NCBI GenBank assembly: GCA_033551855.1
Contig: JAWSUI010000011.1
Location: 1 to 64,000 of the forward strand
DNA length: 64,000 nucleotides
Origin: Deferrisomatales bacterium
Lineage (GTDB): Bacteria > Desulfobacterota > Deferrisomatia > Deferrisomatales > JACRMM01
Reading direction: 5' to 3'
Positions 46,958 through 56,584 of the stretch are shown here, piece after piece. The first letter of the stretch is position 1; every line of letters begins with the position of its first letter. A program made the position numbers and the translations under genes. The notes beneath the pieces were generated by a model. It searched no databases, was not told where the DNA came from, and saw only the letters and a program-made list of their open reading frames with translations.

Positions 46958-47980
46958 ATGAGTCGAGCCGACCGTTTCTTGAACGCCTGCCGGGGGGAGC
47001 CGGTAGACACAACCCCCGTCTGGATCATGCGGCAGGCAGGCCGCTACATGGCGGAGTACCGGGCCGTGCGGGCGAAGCACTCCTTCCTCGAGGTCTGCCA
47101 CAAGCCGGAGCTCGCGTGCGAGGTGACCTTGCAGCCCATCGACCGGCTCGGGGTGGACGCCGCCATTCTCTTCTCGGACATCATGATCCCCCTGGAGGGC
47201 ATGGGGTGCCGCGTGGAGTTCAACCCGGGCCCGGTCATGGAACCGATCCGTACCCGGGAGGCCGTGGATGCCCTCCGGGTGTGCGTCCCCGAGGAGGACG
47301 TCCCGTACGTCCTCGACGCCGTGCGGATGATTCGACGGGAGCTGGCCGGGAAGGTGCCGCTCATCGGGTTCTCCGGGGCCCCCTTCACCCTGGCCGCCTA
47401 CATGGTCGAGGGGAAGGGCAGCCGCGACTTCGCGAACCTCAAGAGGATGATGTTCGCCGCGCCGGAGCTCTTCCACGACCTCATGACCAAGGTCTCGGAT
47501 ACGGTCATCGCCTACCTCAATGCCCAGGCTGCGGCCGGGGCCCAGGCGCTCCAGCTCTTCGACACCTGGGGCGGCATCCTCTCGCCCGCCGATTACGCGC
47601 GATTCGTGCTCCCCCACTCCCGCCGCATCCTCGCGAGCCTGGACCGGAGCGTCCCGGTGATCCACTTCGTCAAGGGCGCCGGGCTCATGCTCGACCTGGT
47701 CAAGCAGGCGGGGGGTGACGTCCTGGGACTGGACTGGCACATCGACCTGGCCGACGCGATCCGGGTCATCGGCCCGGAGTTCAGCGTCCAGGGCAACATG
47801 GATCCGGCCTACATGTTCGCCCCCGCCGAGATCGCCCAGGGCACCGCCCGTGAGATCGTGGAGAAGGGCAAGGCGGCCCGCGGGCATGTCTTCAACCTCG
47901 GCCACGGCATCATGCCCATGGCGGACGTGGACACAGCGCGGGCGGTCGTCGAGGCCGTGCACGAAGCCGGCGTGCGGTAG
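46958..47980 (+). CDS. hemE: Uroporphyrinogen decarboxylase
   Basis: PVWIMRQAGRYM.EY, DAAILFSDI, LIGFSGAPFTLAAY, QLFDTWGG, QGNMDP and FNLGHG. Confidence 0.97.
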   Translation: MSRADRFLNACRGEPVDTTPVWIMRQAGRYMAEYRAVRAKHSFLEVCHKPELACEVTLQPIDRLGVDAAILFSDIMIPLEGMGCRVEFNPGPVMEPIRTREAVDALRVCVPEEDVPYVLDAVRMIRRELAGKVPLIGFSGAPFTLAAYMVEGKGSRDFANLKRMMFAAPELFHDLMTKVSDTVIAYLNAQAAAGAQALQLFDTWGGILSPADYARFVLPHSRRILASLDRSVPVIHFVKGAGLMLDLVKQAGGDVLGLDWHIDLADAIRVIGPEFSVQGNMDPAYMFAPAEIAQGTAREIVEKGKAARGHVFNLGHGIMPMADVDTARAVVEAVHEAGVR

Positions 47981-48000
47981 GACGAGGAAGGGGGGAACCT

Positions 48001-49344
48001 GTGGGCTCGCCCGCCCCGGCCGGTCCGTCCCGCCCCCCCTTTCGCGAGGCCGTGGGGGTGTGGATCAAGGTGGCGTTGCTGAGCTTCGGCGGGCCGGCCG
48101 GGCAGATCGCGGTGATGCATCGGCTGGTGGTGGAGGAAAGGGGCTGGGTCGATGAGCGTCGGTTCCTCCAGGCCCTCAACTACACCATGGTCCTGCCCGG
48201 GCCGGAGGCCCAGCAGCTCGCCACCTACCTGGGGTGGCTGCTGCACGGGACGCGAGGGGGCCTCGTGGCAGGGACGCTGTTCGTGCTGCCGGGGTTTCTC
48301 TCGATCCTGGCTCTGAGCGTGCTCTACGCCTTTTTCCAGGAGTTGGCCCCGGTTCAGGCGCTGTTCTACGGCCTGAAGCCTGCGGTCATGGCTGTCGTGC
48401 TCGCGGCCGTGGTCCGCATCGGGAAGAACGCCCTGCGAAACCACGCGCTTCTCCTGCTCGCTGCGGGAGGGTTCATCGCCATCTTCTTCCTCGAGGTCCC
48501 GTTTCCCCTCGTCGTGCTCGGCGCGGCGCTGGCCGGCTGGGCCGGGAACCGGCGCCGCCCCGAGCTGTTCTCGGGGGCGGAGTCCCCGGCTGGCGGCGCA
48601 CGCGGCCCTGATGCGTCGGTTCCCTCCCTGCGGCGGGCGCTGGTGGTCTGCCTGGTCTGGCTTCCCCTGTGGTTCGGGCCCCTCGTGCTCTTGGTGCTCG
48701 TCTTCGGCCCGGGGCACCTCTTCGTCACCCAAGGTGTGTTTTTCAGCCAGATGGCGGTGGTGACGGTCGGTGGTGCCTATGCCGTGCTGACCTACGTGGC
48801 GCAGCGGGCCGTGGAGACCTACGGGTGGCTCGCGCCGGGGGAGATGCTCGACGGCCTGGGCATGGCCGAGACCACACCCGGGCCCCTGATCCAGGTGGTG
48901 CAGTTCGTGGCGTTCATGGGGGCCTTCCGACAGGCAGGGGAGCTCTCTCCCTTGGGGGCGGCGATCTTCTCCTCGGTCTTGGTGACCTGGGTCACGTTCG
49001 TGCCGTGTTTCCTGTGGATCTTCCTGGGCGCTCCCTACGTCGAGCGGCTGGGAAGCAATCGGGCCCTCAATGCCGCCCTGACGGCGGTCACTGCGGCGGT
49101 GGTGGGGGTGATCCTGAACCTGGCGGTCTGGTTCGGCCTCAACGCCCTCTTCGATCACGTGATCGAGGTGCGCGGATGGGGCTTTCGCTTGTTGGTGCCG
49201 GCCTGGGAGACCCTCGACCTCCCTGCCCTGGTCATCGCCGCCGCCGCCTTTCTCGCCCTGTTCCGCTTCCGCGCGGGGCTCGCGCCGACCTTGGGGGGTT
49301 GCGCCCTGGCGGGCCTCGCGTACCGCCTGGTGCTGGCTCCGTGA
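48001..49344 (+). CDS. chrA: Chromate efflux transporter
   Basis: SFGGPAGQIAVMH, LPGPEAQQLA, GGAYAVL, AETTPGPLI and TAAVVGVI.NL. Confidence 0.93.
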   Translation: MGSPAPAGPSRPPFREAVGVWIKVALLSFGGPAGQIAVMHRLVVEERGWVDERRFLQALNYTMVLPGPEAQQLATYLGWLLHGTRGGLVAGTLFVLPGFLSILALSVLYAFFQELAPVQALFYGLKPAVMAVVLAAVVRIGKNALRNHALLLLAAGGFIAIFFLEVPFPLVVLGAALAGWAGNRRRPELFSGAESPAGGARGPDASVPSLRRALVVCLVWLPLWFGPLVLLVLVFGPGHLFVTQGVFFSQMAVVTVGGAYAVLTYVAQRAVETYGWLAPGEMLDGLGMAETTPGPLIQVVQFVAFMGAFRQAGELSPLGAAIFSSVLVTWVTFVPCFLWIFLGAPYVERLGSNRALNAALTAVTAAVVGVILNLAVWFGLNALFDHVIEVRGWGFRLLVPAWETLDLPALVIAAAAFLALFRFRAGLAPTLGGCALAGLAYRLVLAP

Positions 49345-49538
49345 CCGTCTGCGGCCCGGGGTTGGCGGCCGGGCCCGGGGCACGGGGGCCCGTTGGGACA
49401 CCGCTCCACACCGCCGCGGATTGCGAGGCGAAACATGGGGGCACCCGGGCTCCGCTTGCCGAGCAGGAGGGGAATCCCGGGTGCGGAGGCTCCTTGCGGC
49501 CCCCGGGTACGGGGGGAAGGGTGGATGGGGTAGCCGCC

Positions 49539-50342
49539 ATGCCCGAGTTGCCCCGTTGGATCGAAGCATTCCTCGCCGACCGCGTGCGCCGTGCACGGAC
49601 CCGGACGAGATACCGAGAGCCGCTGGTGGGCTTCGCGGAGGCCGGGGACCCCGCTTGGCTGCGCCTTCGGGAGGTGGCGGAGCCGACGCACCTCCTTCCG
49701 GCGGATCTCCTGCCGGGTGCGCGCAGCGTGGTCGTCTTCTTCGTGCCGTTTGCCGAGAGCGTCGTCCGGGCCAACCGCGCCGCCTCCGGGACCGCGGAAG
49801 AGTGGGCCGTGGCGTACGAGGAGACGAATCGGCTCATCGACCGGACCGTGGATGCGCTGGTTCGGGCCCTGTTCGCCTGGAGGGTGCGGGCTGCGGCCCA
49901 GCCTGCGACCCACAACTGGGACGAGGAGACCCTGGTCAGCCCCTGGTCCCACAAGTCCGCCGCGGCCATCGCGGGTCTCGGGGGGTTCGGCCTGCACCGG
50001 ATGCTCATCACGGACCGGGGGTGCGCCGGCCGTTTCGGCAGCCTGGTGGTCGACGCCGCGATTCCGCCCACGTCCCGGCCGCAACCCCAGCGATGCCGCT
50101 ACTTCCACGACGGAGGGTGCCGGGCCTGTGTGGCCGCCTGTCCGGCCGGGGCCTTGCAAGAGAAGGGGCTCGGGGGAATGAACCTGGACAAACGCCGGTG
50201 CCACGCGCGCCTGTTGGCGGTGGCTGCTCGGCTCGGCGCCGACTGCTGCGGCAAGTGCGCCGTGGGGCCCTGTGCCCTGGGGCCGGCGGTACCCCCCGCT
50301 GGGGGCGAGAGCGCCACGCCGCACGCCCACCGCGCGACGTGA
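49539..50342 (+). CDS. Epoxyqueuosine reductase-like 4Fe-4S protein
   Basis: PLVGFA.A.DP, A.SVV.FF.PF, W..AY..TN, WSHKSAA.IAGLG.FG, GRFGS, C..CV.ACP.GAL and CGKC. Confidence 0.8.
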   Translation: MPELPRWIEAFLADRVRRARTRTRYREPLVGFAEAGDPAWLRLREVAEPTHLLPADLLPGARSVVVFFVPFAESVVRANRAASGTAEEWAVAYEETNRLIDRTVDALVRALFAWRVRAAAQPATHNWDEETLVSPWSHKSAAAIAGLGGFGLHRMLITDRGCAGRFGSLVVDAAIPPTSRPQPQRCRYFHDGGCRACVAACPAGALQEKGLGGMNLDKRRCHARLLAVAARLGADCCGKCAVGPCALGPAVPPAGGESATPHAHRAT

Positions 50343-50504
50343 CGGGATTGGGGCACCCCACTCGCCGGCGAAGCGGCGGCGGGCAGCGCTCCGCGGCGAC
50401 TTGTGCGGCGACTTGTGCTTTGACTCAGCCGCTAACCGCGCGGTAGGTTAGAGGTGACAGGGTATGGCGGGTTCGCTGCCCTACCACCCGGGGAGACCCA
50501 TGAC

Positions 50505-51602
50505 GTGACACGGACCGGTTGCCGCGCGTCGTTCGCGTTCCGAATCGGGGTGCTCGCCCTGCTGATGCTGCCGCTCTCGGCGGGGCCGGTGCGCGCCGGG
50601 CACCTGGCCGTCCTGCCGGGAGAGCCCGTTCCCGACCTGGAGTTCGAGGGGCTCCTCGTTCCCGAGGATTATCCGCGTCTCGGGCTCCCTGAGGGGGCAG
50701 GAGGCTTCCGGCTCTCCCAGGTGGCCGGCGAAGTGCTCGTCCTCGAGTTCTTCAACAAGGCGTGTGCTCCCTGTCAGCGACAGGTGCGGTTTCTCGAGGC
50801 CTTCCACCGGACCGTGGAAGCGGGGGGGCTCCGGGGCCGGGTGCGGATCCTGGCGGTGGCGGTGGGGAACGAGGCGAGATACCTCGGGACGTACCGAGAG
50901 TCTCGGGGACTGACGTTCGCCATCGCGGCCGATCCGCAGTTCGATCAGTGGCAGCGGCTCGGGGATCCGGGGAGGACTCCGTTTACCATGGTCCTGAGCC
51001 GGCAGGAAGGGGAGTGGGTCTTGTCCAGCTCCCATTTCGGGGTGCAGCTCGAGACCGAGTTTCTCGCCCACACGCGGGCCGCTCTGCAGGGCGGGGTCCG
51101 GCCGCGGCACCCCCGGGAGCTGGAGGTGGCGCCCGCGAAGGCGTTTGAGATGCCGCTGGACGCGGCCGGCTTCCGGGAGGCCGCGCAGCGCCTCCTGGCG
51201 CGGGCGGTCGGCCGGCCCGTGACCTTGGACCTGATGACCCTGCAGGACGGCACCCGCCTGTACCGGGCGGCGGCCGGCGGCCGCCGTCTCGACGCCTATG
51301 CCCGACTGGCCAGCCGGGAGCCGGTCTGCGAGGTGTGTCACGCCGTCCACTTCCTCTTCGCGTTCGATTCCCGGGGCCGCCTGCTGGGCTTCGAGCCGGT
51401 GCACGTGACCAAGTACGGGAACGAGGAGTGGGACGAGGACGACAACCGGTTCTTCGAGGGCCGTCTGAAGGGGCGCACCATGGCGGGGATGCGGTTCGAC
51501 CCGGACGTGGACGCCGTGACCATGGCGACCATGACCTCGGCCCTCATCTTCGACGAGGTGCGCCGCTCGGCCGACCTCGTCCGGCTCCTGCCTCGCCCCT
51601 AG
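50505..51602 (+). CDS. Exported TlpA/peroxiredoxin-like thioredoxin-fold protein with a C-terminal FMN-binding-like domain
   Basis: Signal peptide, VLEFFNKACAPCQ and G.TPF in the N-half; CEVCHAVHF, TKYGN..W and VDAVTMATMTS (resembling the DAxSGAT flavinylation motif) in the C-half. Start is uncertain. Confidence 0.7.
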   Translation: MTRTGCRASFAFRIGVLALLMLPLSAGPVRAGHLAVLPGEPVPDLEFEGLLVPEDYPRLGLPEGAGGFRLSQVAGEVLVLEFFNKACAPCQRQVRFLEAFHRTVEAGGLRGRVRILAVAVGNEARYLGTYRESRGLTFAIAADPQFDQWQRLGDPGRTPFTMVLSRQEGEWVLSSSHFGVQLETEFLAHTRAALQGGVRPRHPRELEVAPAKAFEMPLDAAGFREAAQRLLARAVGRPVTLDLMTLQDGTRLYRAAAGGRRLDAYARLASREPVCEVCHAVHFLFAFDSRGRLLGFEPVHVTKYGNEEWDEDDNRFFEGRLKGRTMAGMRFDPDVDAVTMATMTSALIFDEVRRSADLVRLLPRP

Positions 51603-52708
51603 CCTGGGCCGACCAGCGCCGCCGCCGGCCGCAAGGGCGGATCGGCCCTCCGGAGGAACCAACGGTCCAGCACGATGCGGCGCAGGAAGGGACGGGAGCC
51701 CAGGAGCACCCTCCCGGCGAGCCGGCGCAGTGTGGAGGGCGGGCCTGCCGGCGCGCGGGGGGGGCCCAGGCGGCGCCGCAAGGCCTGCTCGTAGCTGTGC
51801 AGTCTCTCGGCGCGCGGATCCCCTGGGTCGTCGAGGATCGCGCGGGCCGCGAGGACACCGGATTCCACGGCGGGGCGAATCCCCTCTCCACTCTCCGGGT
51901 AGGCCAGGCCCGCCGCGTCCCCCACGAGGAGGGTCCCGTCCCAGACCAGCCGGGAAGGCCCGTGCCCCCACAGGCGGTACGCCCAGCCGGACAGCGGCGG
52001 CCGCTCTCGCGGAGCAAGGGGCTCCCACACAGATGCCAGGAAAGCGGCCGCCCGCGGCTTGAGCGCTCCCCCCCCCTCGACACCGAGCCCCACGTTCAGG
52101 TGGTCCCCCTTGCGAAAGCACCACCCGTAGCCCTTGAGGTCGGGGGTGAACCACAACTCAGGCGTGTCACCGGATACGGGACAGGGACGGCCGTCGAGGG
52201 GGATCTCCACCTCCAGCGCCGCCACCGCCGTGCCCCCGCGCGCCCCGAGCCGCCGGGCCACCGGGCAGCGGGGGCCCCCGGCGCCGACCAGCCAGCGGGC
52301 CGCGACCTCCCCGTTGGCGAGCCAGCGGCCCCCTCGCCTCTCCAGGGCCGCCAACGGCTCGCCGAGGCGGAGGCGGGCGCCGGACCGCCGCAGCAGGAAG
52401 TCATCGAGCTCTGCCCGGAGGATGCCGTAACTCACGGGGCCCCCGTACCGCACCTCCGTGCGCCGCCCCCCCCAGAGGCCCAGTCGAAAGCCGGTGATGG
52501 GCTGCAGGACCCGGCCCTGCCCGTAGTTCTCCGGGGTCAGGCCGAGGGTCTCGAAGAGTTGGGGGGTGACCCAGCCGGCGCAGGTCTTGGGCCGGGGGAA
52601 GAGTGCACGGTCCAGGACCAGCACGTCGAGTCCTGCGGCGCAGAGGGTTGCTGCGCAGGAGGAGCCTGCCGGGCCGCCGCCGACCACCAGGACGTCGCAC
52701 GTGTCCAT
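51599..52708 (-). CDS. Geranylgeranyl reductase-family FAD oxidoreductase
   Basis: DVLVVGGGPAGS, FPRPKTCAGW, R.ELD..L, GYGWCF.KG and LVGDAAGLA.P.SGEGI. Confidence 0.88.
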   Translation of the reverse strand: MDTCDVLVVGGGPAGSSCAATLCAAGLDVLVLDRALFPRPKTCAGWVTPQLFETLGLTPENYGQGRVLQPITGFRLGLWGGRRTEVRYGGPVSYGILRAELDDFLLRRSGARLRLGEPLAALERRGGRWLANGEVAARWLVGAGGPRCPVARRLGARGGTAVAALEVEIPLDGRPCPVSGDTPELWFTPDLKGYGWCFRKGDHLNVGLGVEGGGALKPRAAAFLASVWEPLAPRERPPLSGWAYRLWGHGPSRLVWDGTLLVGDAAGLAYPESGEGIRPAVESGVLAARAILDDPGDPRAERLHSYEQALRRRLGPPRAPAGPPSTLRRLAGRVLLGSRPFLRRIVLDRWFLRRADPPLRPAAALVGPG

Positions 52709-52730
52709 CCGGGATTCGTCCTTCGGTCGC

Positions 52731-54005
52731 TCACCGGTAGAGGTGGTCGCGGGTCCAGGGGATCCCGTTGTCCTGCGGGCGGGCGAAGGTCACCTGGAAC
52801 AACTGGAGGCTTCCCGTGCGGAAGGCGGCGACGGAGCCGGCCAGGTACAGCCTCCAGGCCCTGACGAACGCCTCGTCGAACATCTGCCGGACCTTGGTGG
52901 CGGATCTCTCGAAACGCGCCAGCCAGTGCTCCAGGGTGCGGGCATAGTGGAGGCGAAGGTTTTCCACGTCGAGCACCGAAAAACCGTGTGGCTCGATGAC
53001 GCTCAGCACCTCTCGGAGGGTGGGCGGGTAGGCGCCCGGGAAGATCCGTCGCTCGAGCCAGCGGTGGAGCCGCCCCGGGCGGTTCCTTCCGATGGAGTGG
53101 AGGAGCCCCCGCCCTGTCGGCGTGAGGCAGCGGTGGATCACCCTGCCCAGGTCCCGGTAATGCTCCCTGCCGACGTGCTCGAGCATCCCCACCGACACGA
53201 AGGCGTCGTAACGGCCTGTCAGGTTGCGGTAGTCGTCCTCCACGAACTCGACCCGCCCTGCGAGGCCCTCGCGCCGTGCCCGTTCCCGGGCCCACGCGAC
53301 CTGCTCCCGACTCACGTTGAAGGCGCGCACGGACACGCCGTGCTCCCGCGCCATGTGCAGGGCCAGAGCCCCCCAGCCGCACCCGGCCTCGGCCACCGAC
53401 TCCCCGGGACGGAGTCGCAGCTTGCGGCAGACGTGGTTCATCTTGGCCACCTGGGCCTCCTCCAGGTCCGCGTCGGGCGACGGGAAGTACGCGCAGGTGT
53501 AAACCATCCGGTCATCGAGCCAGAGGCGGTAGAACTCGTTGCCCAGGTCGTAGTGGTGGTGGATGTTCTCCTTCGACCCGCCCCGGCTGTTTCTCCTCGC
53601 CGGGAGGAGCCAGCCGCGCACCCGACTCGCGGCCATCGAGATCGGTCCGGCCTTCTCCAGGGCTCGGAAGGCCTCCTCGACGAAACGCACCAGGTCTCCC
53701 TGGACCTCGATCCGGCCGGCGGTGTAGTCGTCGCCGAAGCACAGCTCCGGGTCGAGGAGGAGGCGGGCCAGGGCGCGCCGATCCCGAACGTGGAGTCGCG
53801 CCACCGGGTCCTTTCGGGAGGCCGCCACCTCTCGGCCACCCGGCAGCACGAAGCGCACGGGCGGGCGCCCTGCGCCCCTGAGAACGGAGCGGGCCAACCA
53901 CTCGAACAGGGGGTCGGCGACGGGGGCCGCCCTCGGCCCGCAAGCCGCCGCGTCGGCCCTCTCGGATGCGGTGACGGGGAAGTCATCGGACGGGGTCGTC
54001 CCCAT
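52731..54005 (-). CDS. cfa: Cyclopropane-fatty-acyl-phospholipid synthase family methyltransferase
   Basis: NIHHHYDLGNEFY, M.YTCAYF, LEEAQ..K, EAGCGWG, SVGMLEHVG, IFPG, LRLHYARTL and WRLYL. Confidence 0.9.
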   Translation of the reverse strand: MGTTPSDDFPVTASERADAAACGPRAAPVADPLFEWLARSVLRGAGRPPVRFVLPGGREVAASRKDPVARLHVRDRRALARLLLDPELCFGDDYTAGRIEVQGDLVRFVEEAFRALEKAGPISMAASRVRGWLLPARRNSRGGSKENIHHHYDLGNEFYRLWLDDRMVYTCAYFPSPDADLEEAQVAKMNHVCRKLRLRPGESVAEAGCGWGALALHMAREHGVSVRAFNVSREQVAWARERARREGLAGRVEFVEDDYRNLTGRYDAFVSVGMLEHVGREHYRDLGRVIHRCLTPTGRGLLHSIGRNRPGRLHRWLERRIFPGAYPPTLREVLSVIEPHGFSVLDVENLRLHYARTLEHWLARFERSATKVRQMFDEAFVRAWRLYLAGSVAAFRTGSLQLFQVTFARPQDNGIPWTRDHLYR

Positions 54006-54418
54006 GGCTCGCCTCCTGGTCTCGGGGCCCGAGTGTTCTTCCCCTAGTGTCTACCGCAGGATGGCGCGCTTGTCTACCAGGTCCTCACCGGGTCCTCAGC
54101 GAAACCGGGTCCCTGGCGCCCCGGGGGGAGGCGCTCCGGCGCGGGCCGGGGTGCCCGGCTGGGCTGGTCTGCGCACGCCGAGGAGCACCGGGCGCCGTGC
54201 AGGCCGGTACGTGAGGTGGGGCACCGCGGCTAGGAGGTGGAAGAGGACGGGCAGCGTGGCCCGGCAGAGGCGGGCATCGTCTTCTGGAACCTGTGGCCGG
54301 CGTGGAAGAAGCTCCTGCCCGCCGGCGGGGTGGAGCGGGCGGTCCGCACGACCCAGGCCGAACCGTTTCCCGCGGGCTTCCCGGCGAAGGGCCGGCTGGG
54401 GCAGCGATCCGCTCCCTC

Positions 54419-55075
54419 CTATCTGTTCTTGTAGACCCTCACGGCAGACGTCCCTCGATTCGCGGCGACGTCATGGGCATGGGCGGTGATGGTGTGCGTG
54501 CCGAGGGCGACCCCTTTGTTCGTGTTCCAACTGATCGACCCGGAGCACGTGCTCGCCCCACGGCAGTTCAGGGAGCCGAGTTGCTTGTCCCCCGCGAACG
54601 CCTCGATACGCTCGATCGGTTCGGTGCCGGCCGCGTTGACCCTGATCCTCACTACTTTGCTGATGGTGCTGCCGTCGGCGGGAGAGGAGATCGTCACGCT
54701 GGGCGGTGTGGTGTCGGTGCTGTAAGGGGTCGGCGCCGGGGGGGTCGCCAAGACCTCCGACGAGTAGTGGCTCTGCAGGCCGGCACCATTGTAGGCGACC
54801 ACTGCCAGGTAGTAGGTCCCACCGTCGTCGGGCAGGGCCAGGGAGTGCTGGGTCACGTTCCCCACGTTCACCTGGGAAGAGTAGGCGGTGAAGCCCGACG
54901 CGGTGCGGGAGGTCTTGCCGTAGTGAAGGACGTAGCCGGTCACGTTCTCGGAAGGGGGATTGGGATCCCAGGCCACCGTGACGTTCCATGCCCAGGCCGG
55001 AGGAACGACGAGCACAGCGGATACCAGAAGGACGACTCTGAAGAGCGCGAGAAGCGAGCGAGGCCTGGTCTGCAT
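54419..55075 (-). CDS. Secreted fibronectin type III plus bacterial Ig-like domain protein
   Basis: Signal peptide, VTVAWDPN...VTGY.LHYG..S, VGNVT and TYYLAVVAYN..G..S.YS.EV; then DTTPPSVTISSP, WNT and G.HTITA.A.D. Confidence 0.85.
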   Translation of the reverse strand: MQTRPRSLLALFRVVLLVSAVLVVPPAWAWNVTVAWDPNPPSENVTGYVLHYGKTSRTASGFTAYSSQVNVGNVTQHSLALPDDGGTYYLAVVAYNGAGLQSHYSSEVLATPPAPTPYSTDTTPPSVTISSPADGSTISKVVRIRVNAAGTEPIERIEAFAGDKQLGSLNCRGASTCSGSISWNTNKGVALGTHTITAHAHDVAANRGTSAVRVYKNR

Positions 55076-55130
55076 GGCGTCGGGTCTCCTTTCCAGATGG
55101 CAGGGGCGCCGGCTGTCAGGGGCCACGGTC

Positions 55131-55145
55131 GCAAACGCCGTGCCA
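55131..55145 (-). promoter_or_regulatory. Sigma54 (-24/-12) promoter of the FN3/Ig gene
   Basis: Minus strand TGGCAC-GGCGT-TTGC matches the consensus, about 55 nt upstream of the ATG with an AAGGAG RBS. Confidence 0.75.
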
Positions 55146-55300
55146 GTGCGCCCACGCAGCGCAGCAAGCGATTTCTCCGCGGGCCGGGCGCTTGCGGGAG
55201 GTTCTGCGCGTCGGAAACGTAACCGGTATTTCCGCCACGTGATCGGGCGTTGGGGGCGGTTCGGGCTGGGAGGCGGGGCGGCCGGGGTGGTCTGCCCGGG

Positions 55301-56584
55301 TCAGCGCCCTGTGCCGAGGAGGACGAGGCTCAGGCCGGGCCAGTAGGTGATGATGAGCACCGCGGCCAGGAGGAGGAAGAAGAAGGGGAGCGTGGCCCGA
55401 TAGAGGAGCAGGATCGGCTTCTCGAAGCGGTAGCTGGCGATGAAGAGGTTCATCCCCACCGGGGGGGTGAAATAACCGATCTGCATGTTGGCGAGAAAGA
55501 CGATGCCCAGATGGACCGGATGGATGTCGTAGCCCAACGCGACGGGAAGGATGATGGGGACCACGAGCACCAGCGCCGAGAAGATGTCGAGCATGGTGCC
55601 CAGCACCAGAAGGAAGACGTTCAGGAGCACCAGGAAGGCGAGACGGCTGTCCACGTGCGCTCGAACGGCCTCGAAGAGCCGCGTAGGGATCTCGGCGTCG
55701 ATGACGTAGTTCGTGCTGGCCAGAGACGCCCCCAGGATGATGAGCACCCCGCCGACGAGCACCATCGACTCTCGCATCACCCCCGGCAGCCGGGTCCACG
55801 GGATCTCCCGGTGGACGAGCACCTCGACGACGAAGACGTAAAGGGCGGTGACGGCCGCGGCCTCGGAGACTGCGAAGGTCCCGCTGTAGATCCCGCCCAG
55901 CACGAGGAAGGGCAGGGGGATCTCCCAGGCCGATTCCCGCACGCACGTGGCGATCTGCCGCCAGGAAAAGACCTTGGGGGGCCGACCGAGGGTGCGCCCG
56001 TTCCAGGCGCTCCAGCCGGCCAGGAGGGCCAGCATCAGGAGGCCGGGAAGCACCCCGGCTAGGAAGAGGTCGTCGATGCGCACCGGGGTCCCGACCCCGA
56101 GTTGCTGGACGACCACGCCGTACAGGATCAGGGGTAGGGAGGGGGCGAAGAGAAGGCCCAGGCTTCCCGACGTGGTGACCAGGCCCAGGCTGAACCGTTC
56201 CCCGTAGCCTGCCTCCCGAAGAGCGGGGTAGAGCAGCGACCCGAGGGCAACGATGGTGACCCCCGAGGCTCCGGTGAAGGCGGTGAACAGGGCGCACGCC
56301 ACCAGGGCCACCATGGCAAGGCCCCCGGGGAGCCACCCCAGGAGGGCGCCGGTGAGTCGCACGAGGCGTTGGGGTGCCTGACTCTCGCCGAGGAGATAGC
56401 CGGCGAAGGTGAACAGGGGGATCGCGAGGAGGACCGGCATCTCGGCCAGGCGGTAGATCTCGATGGCGACCACGGAAAGGTCGATCCCTGCCCGGTGGAA
56501 GCCCAGGATCGCTCCTGCGGCGATCACCGCGAAGAGGGGCGCACCCAGGAGAGCCGCCACCAGAATGATGGCGACGGTGATCAT
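55301..56584 (-). CDS. TRAP transporter large permease (DctM)
   Basis: LAIPLFTFAG, PGGLA, FTAFTGASG, GSLGLLFAPS and GYFTPPVGMNLF. Confidence 0.93.
   Translation of the reverse strand: MITVAIILVAALLGAPLFAVIAAGAILGFHRAGIDLSVVAIEIYRLAEMPVLLAIPLFTFAGYLLGESQAPQRLVRLTGALLGWLPGGLAMVALVACALFTAFTGASGVTIVALGSLLYPALREAGYGERFSLGLVTTSGSLGLLFAPSLPLILYGVVVQQLGVGTPVRIDDLFLAGVLPGLLMLALLAGWSAWNGRTLGRPPKVFSWRQIATCVRESAWEIPLPFLVLGGIYSGTFAVSEAAAVTALYVFVVEVLVHREIPWTRLPGVMRESMVLVGGVLIILGASLASTNYVIDAEIPTRLFEAVRAHVDSRLAFLVLLNVFLLVLGTMLDIFSALVLVVPIILPVALGYDIHPVHLGIVFLANMQIGYFTPPVGMNLFIASYRFEKPILLLYRATLPFFFLLLAAVLIITYWPGLSLVLLGTGR

Noticed and set aside
54237..54434. 65-aa plus-strand ORF between cfa and the FN3 gene
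   Set aside because: It has no recognisable motif, a poorly spaced RBS and a tail overlapping the convergent gene.
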